A DNA stretch of 63,579 nucleotides, filler included, from Anaerolineae bacterium (GCA_029262755.1; 6 parts of 6 records of this genome joined end to end with filler, not necessarily neighbours in it), one strand, 5' to 3'. Positions 1-10,512 are shown, numbered from the whole stretch's first letter. Notes: generated from the letters alone by a model not told the origin. Numbers and translations are program-made.

Positions 1-240
1 GGAAGGATCGGCGACGCCGTCCGCGTAGTCCGGCGCCACCGCGCGGCGCAGCGGGGTGTCGGCGCGACCCATATCGCCGTCGACGGCGTGATTGCCGCTG
101 CCGTCGATCGAGCGGAAGGGGGGCACGGGCGCAGCCGCGGAAGCCGTCGACACACAGATCGCAGCGGCCAACGAGAGCGCACCGGCGCAGGCAACGACGG
201 ACGGCCCGGCGCGAAAGCGACGGACGTTACTTGGAACCAT
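1..240 (-). CDS. Secreted animal-type heme peroxidase (An_peroxidase family), N-terminal part; runs off window start
   Basis: Not in the ORF track. Manual translation: MVPSNVRRFRAGPSVVACAGALSLAAAICVSTASAAAPVPPFRSIDGSGNHAVDGDMGRADTPLRRAVAPDYADGVADPS. Signal peptide followed by the RSIDGSGN...G...TPLxR...YADG pattern typical of peroxidase-cyclooxygenase N-termini. Alternative ATG at 249. Confidence 0.75.
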   Translation of the reverse strand, partial: MVPSNVRRFRAGPSVVACAGALSLAAAICVSTASAAAPVPPFRSIDGSGNHAVDGDMGRADTPLRRAVAPDYADGVADPS

Positions 241-593
241 AATCTGCATCGGATCGACCTTGCGGGGACGAGGGCAGTTGGGGCGGGGCGTCCGCACCGA
301 CGAATGTCGGAGCGCGGACGTCCTTACAGTACGCGATTCTACAACGCGGTTTGCGGGGCCTTGGATACGGCCTCACGACACCGTGCAAGGGTTTGACCGC
401 CCCGAACGCGCTCTTTACAATGACGCCCGCGGTCGGACTTCGGTCCGGCCCTTTTTCGCCGCATGCGCGCGCAATCCCATGCGGACACCGCTGCAAGGGT
501 GGTTCTGGTACGCCTGCGGCACCTTGCCGCCGCTCCGGGTGCCGAAGTACCGCGTTTGAGGCACCGCCCTGCCCCGCCCCATCAGGAGGCGAT

Positions 594-1694
594 GTGCCGA
601 CGCACCTCTCGGTTGGCGATCTCGCTCCCGAATTTCGACTCGTCGACCAACACCGCAAGCGCCATCGCCTCTCGGAGTACCGGGGGCGCGGCGTCGTGCT
701 GGCGTTCTACCCGAAAGATTTCAGCGGCACCTGCACGAAGCAAATGGCGTGCATGCGCGATCAACTGGCTGCATTCAACGAGCTGGACGCGCAGGTCTTT
801 GGGGTCAGCATCGATCACCACGATGCCCACCGCGTGTTCGCCGAGCAGCAGGGCATCACCTTTTCCCTCTTGGCCGACTTTCACCCCAAGGGCGCCGTAG
901 GCAGCGCGTACGGGGTGTATCGGGAGGAATTCGGCATCCACGAGCGGACCACGTTCGTGATCGATGCCGAGGGACGAATCTCCCACATTGAAGCCGTCGA
1001 TTTCAACAACCAACCCAATCTCGACAACCTTCTCGCCGCGCTACGCGGTGCACCCCCCATCCCCATGCACAAGGAGAATCCCATGCACATGCTACCCGAA
1101 CTGCCCTATGCCAAGGACGCCCTCGAGCCCCACATCGACGAGCGCACGATGGGTATCCACCACGGCAAGCACCACCAGGGATACGTCAACAACCTGAACA
1201 ACGCCCTCGACGGCCACGACGACCTGGCCGGCAAGTCGGTCGAGGACCTGCTGTCCGACATGGACGCGGTACCCGACGACATCCGCAGTGCGGTGCGCAA
1301 CAACGGCGGCGGCCACGCCAACCACAGCCTCTTCTGGACCGTGATGAGCCCCAACGGCGGCGGCGAGCCGGACGGCGCCATCGGTGCCGCGATCGACGAC
1401 GCCTTCGGCTCCTTTGACGACTTCAAGTCGCAGTTCGAGAAGGCGGCCATGACGCGCTTCGGCAGCGGCTGGTCTTGGCTCGTGGTCGACGCGGACGGCA
1501 ACCTGGTCGTGATGAGCACCCCGAACCAGGACAGCCCCCTGATGAGCGGCCACACCCCCATCCTGGGCCTCGACGTCTGGGAGCACGCCTACTACCTCAA
1601 CTATCAGAACAAGCGCGCGGAGTACGCGGGTGCGTTTTGGAATCTGGTGGACTGGGCCGCGGTCGGCAAGCGCTACGCGAAGGCAACCGGCTGA
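594..1694 (+). CDS. AhpE-like peroxiredoxin fused in frame to Mn superoxide dismutase (366 aa)
   Basis: AGGAGG at 584-589 before GTG 594. Prx motifs [34 protein letters not shown]. No stop codon before the SOD domain. Confidence 0.8.
   Translation: MPTHLSVGDLAPEFRLVDQHRKRHRLSEYRGRGVVLAFYPKDFSGTCTKQMACMRDQLAAFNELDAQVFGVSIDHHDAHRVFAEQQGITFSLLADFHPKGAVGSAYGVYREEFGIHERTTFVIDAEGRISHIEAVDFNNQPNLDNLLAALRGAPPIPMHKENPMHMLPELPYAKDALEPHIDERTMGIHHGKHHQGYVNNLNNALDGHDDLAGKSVEDLLSDMDAVPDDIRSAVRNNGGGHANHSLFWTVMSPNGGGEPDGAIGAAIDDAFGSFDDFKSQFEKAAMTRFGSGWSWLVVDADGNLVVMSTPNQDSPLMSGHTPILGLDVWEHAYYLNYQNKRAEYAGAFWNLVDWAAVGKRYAKATG
1083..1694 (+). CDS. sodA: Mn-type superoxide dismutase (possible internal start, 203 aa)
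   Basis: AAGGAG at 1071-1076, ATG 1083. [43 protein letters not shown]. The GGG plus Q signature favours Mn specificity. Confidence 0.93.
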   Translation: MHMLPELPYAKDALEPHIDERTMGIHHGKHHQGYVNNLNNALDGHDDLAGKSVEDLLSDMDAVPDDIRSAVRNNGGGHANHSLFWTVMSPNGGGEPDGAIGAAIDDAFGSFDDFKSQFEKAAMTRFGSGWSWLVVDADGNLVVMSTPNQDSPLMSGHTPILGLDVWEHAYYLNYQNKRAEYAGAFWNLVDWAAVGKRYAKATG

Positions 1695-1779
1695 TCCCCT
1701 CGACCCGCAGTTAGTTCGCCCGGACGTCGGGCGCGGCGTTGCCGCCCTCGGCCCGAAGCCCCTGGAGGGACACGAACCC

Positions 1780-3336
1780 ATGGCGATCGAAGTCAAGATG
1801 CCCCAACTCGGGGAATCGGTGCACGAAGGCATGATCGGCAAGTGGCTCAAGGCCGAGGGCGACACCGTCGAGAAGTACGAGCCCCTGCTCGAGGTTGTCA
1901 CCGACAAGGTGGACACGGAGGTCACCGCCTCCGACTCCGGCACGCTGCTCAAGATCATCATCCCGGAAGGGGAGACCGTCGAGGTCGGCACGGCGCTGGC
2001 CTGGATCGGCGCGGCCGGTGAGAGCGTAGGCGATGCCGGCGGAGCCGTGAACGGCACGGGCGTGGAATCCGCGGCCGGATCGGCCACAGAAGCGCCCACA
2101 GAGGAGCCCACAGGAGCGCCGGCTGCTCCCGCCACCGCGCCGGCGATGCCCCCCGCGGCCGCGACGGCTACTTCCGATCCCGCGCCTGCCGCACCGGCGC
2201 GCGTGTCCCCGGTCGCGGCACGAATGGCGGCCGAGCACGGGCTCGACCCGGCCACGATCGACGGGACCGGCCCGGGCGGACAGGTCAAGCGCGCGGACAT
2301 CGAGCGTGCCATGGCCGCGCCCGCGGCGGCGACCGACGCCGTGGCAGAGGCTGCACCGGCTGCCGGTCGCGATCTGGGCTTCATCTCGCCGCGCGTCGCA
2401 CGCCTCTCCGCGCAGCACGGCGTCGATCTGCGCGCCGTGCCCGGCACTGGCCGTGACGGTCGAATCACCGCGCGTGACGTAGAAGCCTTCGTCGATTCCG
2501 GCGCGGCAGCCCCGGCGGCTCCCGCAGCTCCTTCCGCGCCCGCAACAGTACCGGCGAGCCCGGCCGCCCCGGTCGCCGCCCCGCTTGCAGCCGCGTCCAG
2601 CGCCGCCGCGCCCGTCGTCGGTAGCGCGGGCGTGAACGAGCTCCTCGGCGAGGTCGTGCCGCTCACGCGCATGCGCAAGTTCATCGCGGACCACATGGTC
2701 CGCTCGAAGCAAACCTCGCCCCACGTGTCCACGGTGCACGAAGTCGACATGAGCCGGGTCATGGCCACCTACCGCGATCTTCGCGACGACTACAAGGCCC
2801 GCGGCACGCGCCTGACGATCACCGCGATCATCGTCGATGTGGTCGCGCAAGCCTTACGCGAGCACCCGATGGTCAACAGCGCGTGGACGGACGAGGGCGT
2901 GCTCATCCAACGCGACGTCAACATCGGCATGGCCGTCGCGATCGAAGAGGGCCTGATCGTGCCCGTAATCCGCAACGCCGACGAAAAGAGCCTCGCCGGC
3001 ATCGCGCGCGATATCGGCAGCCTCGCGGCCAAGGCGCGCGACAAGCAGCTGGCGCCGGACGACATCCAGGGCGGAACCTTCACCCTCACCAACTACGGCA
3101 CGTTGGGTAGCCTCTTCGGCACGCCGGTGATCAACCAGCCACAGGCAGCCATCCTGGGCACGGGCGCCATCAAGAAGCGCGTGGTCGTGATCGAGGACCC
3201 CGAGGCGGGCGACCAGATCGCCATCCGGCCGATGATGTACCTCGCGCTGACCTTCGATCACCGCATCCTGGACGGCGGCTCGGCCGACCCGTTCATGCGC
3301 ACCGTGGTGGAGGGCCTCGAGAGCTACCGCGCGTAG
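1780..3336 (+). CDS. 2-oxoacid dehydrogenase E2 (dihydrolipoamide acyltransferase, DlaT/SucB/BkdB-like) with one lipoyl and two E3-binding domains
   Basis: Lipoyl motif EVVTDKVDTE; two GTG(P/R)xG E3-binding repeats; catalytic DHRILDG; GGAGG upstream of ATG 1780. Confidence 0.92.
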   Translation: MAIEVKMPQLGESVHEGMIGKWLKAEGDTVEKYEPLLEVVTDKVDTEVTASDSGTLLKIIIPEGETVEVGTALAWIGAAGESVGDAGGAVNGTGVESAAGSATEAPTEEPTGAPAAPATAPAMPPAAATATSDPAPAAPARVSPVAARMAAEHGLDPATIDGTGPGGQVKRADIERAMAAPAAATDAVAEAAPAAGRDLGFISPRVARLSAQHGVDLRAVPGTGRDGRITARDVEAFVDSGAAAPAAPAAPSAPATVPASPAAPVAAPLAAASSAAAPVVGSAGVNELLGEVVPLTRMRKFIADHMVRSKQTSPHVSTVHEVDMSRVMATYRDLRDDYKARGTRLTITAIIVDVVAQALREHPMVNSAWTDEGVLIQRDVNIGMAVAIEEGLIVPVIRNADEKSLAGIARDIGSLAAKARDKQLAPDDIQGGTFTLTNYGTLGSLFGTPVINQPQAAILGTGAIKKRVVVIEDPEAGDQIAIRPMMYLALTFDHRILDGGSADPFMRTVVEGLESYRA

Positions 3337-3597
3337 CATCGGCCGGTTTGGGGGCGGCATGGATTCGGCATAGTGCGAGCAAGACCATGGGCGTGCTGCG
3401 TTTACACGCGAGGCGGACCGTAAATTGCAGGCGCACCTGCTAGGATCGTGCGTCGCGCGCTTCTACCTCTGCCGGATCCCATGACTCCGGATCCCCATTT
3501 CGAATCTTGGATCCGGGTACCGCGGGTTATCCCTGCGATTCTCAAGAGGGAACGTGATTCGGCGCTCGTCGAACCCAGGTCCCGGAGGCCCACCATC

Positions 3598-6579
3598 GTG
3601 CTCCCTACACTGCGCACAAGGCTGATCCGCGGGGCGTTGCTCGCGCTTTACATGGCGGTGGGCGTGGCGATGGCTGCCCGCTACGTCGCAACCGGCCCGC
3701 TGCCTGCCGACGCCGGCGAGTTGCAGCTGGTCGCGCGTGAGTTGGGCGTCGCCCATCCCCCCGGCTACCCGCTCTACACGATGAGCGCCCATGCCTTCGG
3801 CCGGCTCATCGTACCCGACACCGGCTTGGGGCTCGTGGCCGCCCAGCTGCTGAACCCTTTGCTCGGCGGACCGTGCCCCGAACTCGCGGCGCGTTCGCGC
3901 GCAGCAATGCCTACCGAGGAAAGCCCTTGGTTGTTGCGATGCACGGCAGACCCCGTTGCCGGCTGGTGGTCTTGGTCGACGAACCTCTTCTCGCTTGTTC
4001 TTGCCCTGTTGACCTTGTTGGTCGTCTTCCGCGCCGGTCGCCGGTTGGGCGGCTCGTGGACCACCGGCTTGCTGGCCGCAAGCGTCCTGCTGGCCATGCC
4101 GGTCTTCGTTCAGCAGGCGACCACAGCCAACATCCGGATGCCCACCGCGTTGCTGACGGCCACGGTTCTCGCCTTGGCCCTACGCTGGCTCGACGCCACG
4201 CACGAAGGAGATCCGCCGCCGCGCGTGAAGGGCGGGTTGCTTGCATTCGCCGGCGACACACGCCTACACGGTCTCGCCCTTGCACTGGGACTGGCTGCAA
4301 GCCATCACATTTCACTGGTCTTCCTGGCGCCGCTCGTGGTCACGATCCTGATCATTCGCCGCCCATGGCTGCTCGCGCCAAGCCAGATGCAGCCTCTGCT
4401 CTTGGCCGGCTCGATCGGATTGCTCCCGTTGCTCTACCTGCCCATTCGCGGCGCGGCCGGCGCGCTCCTCGCACCACCCGATCTGACCACCCTCGGCGGC
4501 TTCTGGCGCCATGTGACCGGCGCCAACTTCCGTGGGGATCTACGACTGTTCGACGACCCGCTCGCGCTTTGGGACCGCACACGCGTCGTCTTCGAGTTGC
4601 TGCAGCTGCAGATCGGCTGGCACGGCGTGCTGCTTGTCCTGCTGGGCTCCTGGTGGCTGATGCGACGCCGCTGGGCCGTAGCGTGGCTGCTGCTCGGCGT
4701 GTTGCTGACCTATGTTGTGCTCGCGGTCCTCTACCGAGCGCCGCAGACGGTGGAGTACCTAATGCCGGCCCACGTGGCCGTCGCCCTGCTCGCGGCCGCG
4801 GCCGGCGGCGCCATCGTGACCTTCCGCGAACAGGCGCTCGTCTCCAGCCCGCCGCTACGCCGGTTGGCCGTCATCGCGCTCGCGCTTGCTATCGGCGCAT
4901 CGGGGCGCAACACGGCGCGCGACGTGCGCGCGGCGCATCCCCACGATCTCGCGGGCATCGTCGACGCCACGACCGCAGAGCCTGATTGCACCGTCCCCGT
5001 CCTCGCCGGCTGGCACTACGTCACCCCGCTTTGGTTGGGTCGTCTCGGGTCCGGCGAGTGGCGGCCCTATCGGTATTCGGATGCACTTTATGTCTATCCG
5101 GAGGGCTCCGAGCCGATCGGCGAGACCTGGTTGCGGCGCACGCGCGCCCTCATGGCCGAGGCCGCGGCTGGGTCGGAGTCGGTTCAAGAAACGGGATCGG
5201 GATCGGGACCGGGAACCGGCGGCGGAGCGGTCATCGTCACGAATCGCACGCGCGCGTTGCTCGATTCGGACGTGGCGCTTTGGCCCGTGGACGGCACGCC
5301 CTTCTATGCGACCGCGCCCGACGTTTGCGGCTTCGAGGCAGGGTTGCAAGCGGATCTGGACGAGCGGAACAAGCCGCAGTGGCTCCCGTTTCTCGAACCA
5401 TGGGCGGGCATTCCAACGCGCTATCACGGGCGGATCGACTGGCCCGACGATGACGGCCCGGTCTTTCGCGCCGCGCCGGTGGCCGGTTCCGCGACGCAAC
5501 CGGCCGGTGTGAATGATGTAGCCGCGGCTGCCGTGGTGACCACGGATGTCGATGTAGCCGCGACAGCCGATAAGAGAGACCCGTCGGCACGTGGCGCCGT
5601 TCGCCTCGTCGGAGCCGACCTGCCGTCCGCGATCGCGCTGCGCGATGCAGCACGCATGCCGGTCGGGCTGCGCTTCCAGACGATCGCGCCGATCACGGCC
5701 GATACGACCGTGGTCGTACAGCTGGTCGATCCCGTCTCCGGCGCCGTCCACGGCCAGCTCGACCGCGGCTTCTCGGCGGCACGCTGGAACGACGCGCGCG
5801 GCGTGGCCGTCCTCGGCGACCTACACGCCTTCCGCGGCCCACGGCCGGAGCGCCTCGAGCTGCGCCTCGGGCTCTACGACATCGACGACGGCGAAACGCG
5901 ACGCTGGAACGTGGACGCGGGCGGGATCGCGCGCAGCCCCATCCTAGTGCGCGTCGAAGTGCGTGCCGTCGCGGACCCCGCATCGGTCGTGCTGCGGGTT
6001 GCAGCGCCCACCGCCGGTGCGCTCGACGTGGAGAGCGGCGAGGAGACCCGCGGCGAATCCGACGGCGCATCCGTTGCGGACAGTCCCGAGGACCGGGCCA
6101 ACCGTACGTCTTCCGCCACGGCCGGCTCCAATGCAGCGGCGACCCTAGCACTAGACCTGGCCCTTCCCGCACCCCGGCCAGGCGCCATCCCCTTCGGCGA
6201 CGCGATGACCTTGCTCGGCCACACCCTACGCCGCAGTGGCAACCAACTCGTCGTCGACCTCTCCTGGCGCGCCGAGCGCGCGTACCGCTCCGACTTCACG
6301 GTGTCGGTCCAGGCGACGGCCGAGGGCGGCTTCTTCGCCCAACACGACGGCACGCCCGCATCCGGCAGCTATCCGACCCTGAAGTGGCTTCCCGGCCAGC
6401 GAGTGTGGGACCGCCATCGGATCAGCCTGCCGCCCGATTGGCCGCGCGATCGGCCGATCCACGTCACGGTTGGCGTCTACGATGCCTTCTCGCTCGAGCC
6501 GCTGCCGGTGACGGACGCCGAGCGGGTGCGCGACGGGCAGGGCCAACGCGCCACGCTCTACGAGGCCGTCCTACCGTAA
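3598..6579 (+). CDS. DUF2723 (TMEM260-like GT-C) multipass membrane glycosyltransferase with extracellular C-terminal domains
   Basis: DAGELQ...LGVAHPPGYPLY hallmark; many TM segments; HHISL; C-terminal QHDGTP..GSYPT..W.PG domain. Start uncertain (ORF open from 3448; GGAGG precedes GTG 3598). Confidence 0.8.
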   Translation: MLPTLRTRLIRGALLALYMAVGVAMAARYVATGPLPADAGELQLVARELGVAHPPGYPLYTMSAHAFGRLIVPDTGLGLVAAQLLNPLLGGPCPELAARSRAAMPTEESPWLLRCTADPVAGWWSWSTNLFSLVLALLTLLVVFRAGRRLGGSWTTGLLAASVLLAMPVFVQQATTANIRMPTALLTATVLALALRWLDATHEGDPPPRVKGGLLAFAGDTRLHGLALALGLAASHHISLVFLAPLVVTILIIRRPWLLAPSQMQPLLLAGSIGLLPLLYLPIRGAAGALLAPPDLTTLGGFWRHVTGANFRGDLRLFDDPLALWDRTRVVFELLQLQIGWHGVLLVLLGSWWLMRRRWAVAWLLLGVLLTYVVLAVLYRAPQTVEYLMPAHVAVALLAAAAGGAIVTFREQALVSSPPLRRLAVIALALAIGASGRNTARDVRAAHPHDLAGIVDATTAEPDCTVPVLAGWHYVTPLWLGRLGSGEWRPYRYSDALYVYPEGSEPIGETWLRRTRALMAEAAAGSESVQETGSGSGPGTGGGAVIVTNRTRALLDSDVALWPVDGTPFYATAPDVCGFEAGLQADLDERNKPQWLPFLEPWAGIPTRYHGRIDWPDDDGPVFRAAPVAGSATQPAGVNDVAAAAVVTTDVDVAATADKRDPSARGAVRLVGADLPSAIALRDAARMPVGLRFQTIAPITADTTVVVQLVDPVSGAVHGQLDRGFSAARWNDARGVAVLGDLHAFRGPRPERLELRLGLYDIDDGETRRWNVDAGGIARSPILVRVEVRAVADPASVVLRVAAPTAGALDVESGEETRGESDGASVADSPEDRANRTSSATAGSNAAATLALDLALPAPRPGAIPFGDAMTLLGHTLRRSGNQLVVDLSWRAERAYRSDFTVSVQATAEGGFFAQHDGTPASGSYPTLKWLPGQRVWDRHRISLPPDWPRDRPIHVTVGVYDAFSLEPLPVTDAERVRDGQGQRATLYEAVLP

Positions 6580-6708
6580 CGAGCACCGCCCGCCGCACGT
6601 CCACCACGTTGCGCGCGCGCATGGCGATCGTACGGTCGCCGTGGCTCGGCCCCCAACCGGCTTCCGCACGCCTCCCCCCAGCCCCCTCAGCCCCCCCCAG
6701 CCGTCGCT

Positions 6709-9700
6709 GTGTCCGGAGAATCCATGCCCGCCCGACCGACCAACACCGTCCGACGTGCGTCGTTCGTGGAGCCCAATCGCCCAAACGACGCCCTCTCCTA
6801 CGCGAACGACTTCGTCACCGCGTCGGGCCAATGCCCCTCCCCGCTCGCATCGACGCCCTCGTTGGGTCGCTCCCCCCGCCGCGGATCGATCACCCGCGTT
6901 GCGGCGGCAATCGCGGCCGGCGCGCTGCTGGTCGGTGGGTTTTCGAGCCTTGCATGGCCGGGCCTCGACGCGCCACGCCCCGCATCAGCCCGCGAGCCCG
7001 TGGCCTACACGCTCGTCGATACGTGGACGAGCATCCGGCCGACCGGTGCATACACGACGCTGCCCTGGCCCGATGGGCACGTGTCGGGCGGCATCGGGCT
7101 GAACGTCCTATCGACCCGCTATGTGGTCACCGACCGGACGGCGGACACCGTGCGCGTGTACGACGAAGCGGACCGGCTTATTGCGACCCATGGCGGGCCG
7201 GGTAGCGGGCCGGGGCAGTTCATGAACCCGCGGGATACGGCCATCCTGCGCGATGGACGCATCGTGGTCAGCGACACCGACAACGACCGCGTGCAACTGC
7301 TCAGCGCAGCAGGATCGCCCGCAGGCTCGTGGGCGGTCGACGATCCGCGCGGGATCGCGGCCGTGACGGTCAACGCGGGACTGCCCGGCGAGGCGACGTT
7401 CGTGGTGGTCGTGGCCGCGGGGGCACGCGCATTGGAGCTCTTCGAACCCGGCGGGACACCACGCGGCCGACTTCTGCTCTCCGGCACCACGACACCCGAT
7501 GCGCTGGCCGACGTCGAGCTACGCCTCGGTCCGGGCGGCGATCCCCAGGTAGCCGCGTCCATCGTCGACGCGGCGGACGGTCGGCTCCACGTCTTCGACG
7601 CATCCGGCGGCTCGCGTATCGCGGCCGCGCATCCCTACCTCCGCGCGGCGCTCGCGCTACGTCCACCGGACTCGCAGAGCCCGGGCCGTGCAGGCGAGCC
7701 CGCATGGTGGCTCGGGATCAGCGGCCTCGGCCTACGCCTTCAGGACGGCGAGGGCCGCGCCCTTCCACCGGCCACCGACCTGCCTTTCGCCGGCGTGAGC
7801 GATCTGGCGCGCGCCCGCCGCTCGTCCGGCCGCGTCCTGGCCGCCGTGATGCCCGAGGGACTCATCACGCTGGGCGATGATCCCCAAGCGCTCGCCGATC
7901 GCCTCGCCACGAACACGGCGGGCCGCCTCTTCCAACCCGCGCGTATCGCCATCGGCGCCGACGTGCTGCTCGCCGACCGCCTGCCGCGCATCATCCTGCG
8001 CGATCGCGCCGGCGCGTCGCCCGACGAGATCCCGCTGCCCTCGCGCCCGCTCTCCGACGACGTGCCGCGCGCCATCGACGTCGCGGCCACGTCCGGCCTT
8101 CGCTTCGCACTGGTTGACGACGGGCGGGTCCTGCTCGAGGCCAATCAGCGCTTCAACCGCTTCCGTGCCGCGCCGATCGACCGCCCGACCTACCGCTGGG
8201 CGATCGCGGGCGCGGGCGGCCGCCTGTCCATCCTCGACCTGTTGGCCGGCGAGGTCGAGATCGTGGACGATCGCCTCGACCGCGTCGATGCGTGGGACCT
8301 CGCGCAGGGCGACGGCGTCACGCTGCCGGCCGACCTGGCGCTCGTGGGAGACACGACCTGGCTCGCCGCGCCTGGCGCGGGCGTGCTGGAGACGCGCACG
8401 TCCACGGGCCGAAAGCTCGTGGCGCTACCCGTGCCCGGCATCCCCGAGCGCGTCGCCGCCGGTCCGCGCGACGCCTATGCCCTGACGGCGGCCGGCTGGG
8501 TCTACCGCTACGACATCGGCGGCAATCCCATCGCCGCCTGGCCGGTGGCGGAAGGGGGCGACCGACCCGTCGACCTCGCCGTCGACGACGAGGATCGCGT
8601 CTACGTCGTGGACGAGCGCGGCGCCGTCCGCGTGTACGCGCCGGACCCGGATCCACCATCGCCCGCGCCCGCGCCGCCCGTGATCCTCGAGGGCACGTGC
8701 CGCATGACGACCGATAAGCGCGCAGCCCCGCGGGACCTGAACCTGGGCGAGACCGTGACCGTCACCTTGTCGCTCGCCGGTAGCTGCGCCGTGCCCGCGG
8801 CGCCGGTCGACGTGATCCTCGCGGTGGACCGCTCCGCCTCGATGGGCGACGACGGCAAGCTCCTCGCCGCCTTGGAAGCCGTGACCTCCTTCGGCCAACA
8901 CGTGGATCCCGCCACGGCACGGATCGGCGTCGTCGACTTCGGCAGCCAGGCCCGAGCCGTACTCCCGCCCTCGGCCGATCCACTGGCGGCCGTGAGGGCC
9001 GTGGCTCGCATGAACGCCGCCGGCGACACCGATTTGGTCGGCGCACTACGCGAAGCCACCGAGCTCCTCGCCGCCAACCCGCGCGCCGGCGCGGCCGGCC
9101 ACGTGATCGTCCTGACCGACGGCCGCCACACCGCGGCCGACCCACCTGCCACCGCGCTCGACGCCGCCATCGCCGCGGCGCGCGCCGCCGGCGTCACGCT
9201 GCACGCGGTCGCGCTCGGCGTCGACGCGGATCTTGAGGCCCTCGGCCGTATCGCGGGCGCGCCGGAGCGCCTGCACCGCAGCCCTGGACCGCACGAACTG
9301 GCCGGCATCTACGCCTCCGTGGCCCGCGGCCTCGGCGCCACCGCGCTGTTTGCGAGCGTGGTCATCACCGACCGCCTCCCGGCCGATATGCTCTACGTCC
9401 CCGACTCCGCCGAGCCCCCCGCGCAGATCATCGAGGACGGCGGTGCCCTGCAATGGCGCTTGTCCGACGCGCCGGGCCCGCTCATCCGCATCCGCTACCG
9501 CCTCCGCCCCCAAGAGGCCGGCATCCACCCGACGAACCGGGAAGCCCTGGCCGGCGGCCTCGACCCGCTCGGCGTCCGCCACGACCTCGTGTTCCCGGTT
9601 CCGGAAGTCCGCGTGTTCGTCGACGGCCGCCTGCCAACCGCGCCGCCGTCCCCCACACCCCGCGCCGGCGCGAGCCCAACCCGCACGCCGACGGCCCGAC

Positions 9701-10473
9701 CATCGCCCACGCGGACGGCGTCCTCGACCCCGACGTTGCGACCCACCTCGGAGCCTAGCCCCACGCCCGGGTCGTCGCCGACCGCGACCGCGACGGCGAC
9801 CGCCACGCGCCGCCCGACGGCCACCGCGCGTCCGACCGCAACGCCCCGGGGGCCGGGGGAGCCGGTAGGTCTGGTCTACCTGCCGATCCTCTCCACCCTG
9901 CGCTGCCCCTTCGGCCGGCGGCCGATCGACGTCGTGCTCGTGCTCGACACCTCACGCAGCATGGAGACCGTCACCTCGCCCGGCGGCCCCACGCGCCGCG
10001 ACGCGGCTACGTCGGCCGCGCGCGACTTCGTCCGCTTGCTCGACCTGTCCCGCGACCGCGCCGCCGTGGTCGGCTTTCACGACCGCGCGTCGCTCGCGGC
10101 GCCGCTCACCGCGGACCGCGCCCGCCTGGACCGCGCGCTCGCCGGCCTCACGACCGCGCCCGGCACGCGTATCGACCGTGGGCTGGAGGCGGCGGCCGAC
10201 GCGCTGGCGCCGGCGAATCCGGGCCGCGTGCCGGTTGTGGTGCTGCTGACGGACGGGCTGGCCGAAAGCACGCACCTCGGCACGACCTTGGTCGCGGCAC
10301 AGAACCTCCAACGCGCGGGCGCCACGGTCTTCGCCATCGGGCTGGGCGCCGATGTCGACGCGACGCTGCTTACACTGGTCGCGAGCAGCCCCGGCCTCTT
10401 CTTGGCCGCCCCGTCCGCCGACGACCTCGCGAGCACCTTCCGCGCTGTCGCGGCGCGCATCCCCTGCGGTTGA
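6709..10473 (+). CDS. Secreted NHL-repeat / VWA / Pro-Thr linker / VWA protein
   Basis: NHL repeats (GSGPGQFMNPRD, VSDTDNDRVQ); two MIDAS motifs DRSASM and DTSRSM, each with LTDG; PT-rich linker followed by VYLP. Start uncertain. Confidence 0.85.
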   Translation: MSGESMPARPTNTVRRASFVEPNRPNDALSYANDFVTASGQCPSPLASTPSLGRSPRRGSITRVAAAIAAGALLVGGFSSLAWPGLDAPRPASAREPVAYTLVDTWTSIRPTGAYTTLPWPDGHVSGGIGLNVLSTRYVVTDRTADTVRVYDEADRLIATHGGPGSGPGQFMNPRDTAILRDGRIVVSDTDNDRVQLLSAAGSPAGSWAVDDPRGIAAVTVNAGLPGEATFVVVVAAGARALELFEPGGTPRGRLLLSGTTTPDALADVELRLGPGGDPQVAASIVDAADGRLHVFDASGGSRIAAAHPYLRAALALRPPDSQSPGRAGEPAWWLGISGLGLRLQDGEGRALPPATDLPFAGVSDLARARRSSGRVLAAVMPEGLITLGDDPQALADRLATNTAGRLFQPARIAIGADVLLADRLPRIILRDRAGASPDEIPLPSRPLSDDVPRAIDVAATSGLRFALVDDGRVLLEANQRFNRFRAAPIDRPTYRWAIAGAGGRLSILDLLAGEVEIVDDRLDRVDAWDLAQGDGVTLPADLALVGDTTWLAAPGAGVLETRTSTGRKLVALPVPGIPERVAAGPRDAYALTAAGWVYRYDIGGNPIAAWPVAEGGDRPVDLAVDDEDRVYVVDERGAVRVYAPDPDPPSPAPAPPVILEGTCRMTTDKRAAPRDLNLGETVTVTLSLAGSCAVPAAPVDVILAVDRSASMGDDGKLLAALEAVTSFGQHVDPATARIGVVDFGSQARAVLPPSADPLAAVRAVARMNAAGDTDLVGALREATELLAANPRAGAAGHVIVLTDGRHTAADPPATALDAAIAAARAAGVTLHAVALGVDADLEALGRIAGAPERLHRSPGPHELAGIYASVARGLGATALFASVVITDRLPADMLYVPDSAEPPAQIIEDGGALQWRLSDAPGPLIRIRYRLRPQEAGIHPTNREALAGGLDPLGVRHDLVFPVPEVRVFVDGRLPTAPPSPTPRAGASPTRTPTARPSPTRTASSTPTLRPTSEPSPTPGSSPTATATATATRRPTATARPTATPRGPGEPVGLVYLPILSTLRCPFGRRPIDVVLVLDTSRSMETVTSPGGPTRRDAATSAARDFVRLLDLSRDRAAVVGFHDRASLAAPLTADRARLDRALAGLTTAPGTRIDRGLEAAADALAPANPGRVPVVVLLTDGLAESTHLGTTLVAAQNLQRAGATVFAIGLGADVDATLLTLVASSPGLFLAAPSADDLASTFRAVAARIPCG

Positions 10474-10493
10474 GGGCTGGAGCGCCGCGACGC

Positions 10494-10506
10494 TTGTAGC
10501 TACAAT
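10494..10506 (+). promoter_or_regulatory. Palindromic operator TTGTAGCTACAA overlapping a -10 box (TACAAT) of the TA operon
   Basis: Perfect 12-bp palindrome at 10494-10505; TACAAT at 10501-10506 lies 6 nt before ATG 10513. Confidence 0.65.
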
Positions 10507-10512
10507 GGCCAC

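Noticed and set aside
1092..2768. Long antisense ORFs (also 13824-15320, 53705-55498, 26004-27368 and many others)
   Set aside because: Shadow frames of real genes in high-GC DNA with no domain motifs.
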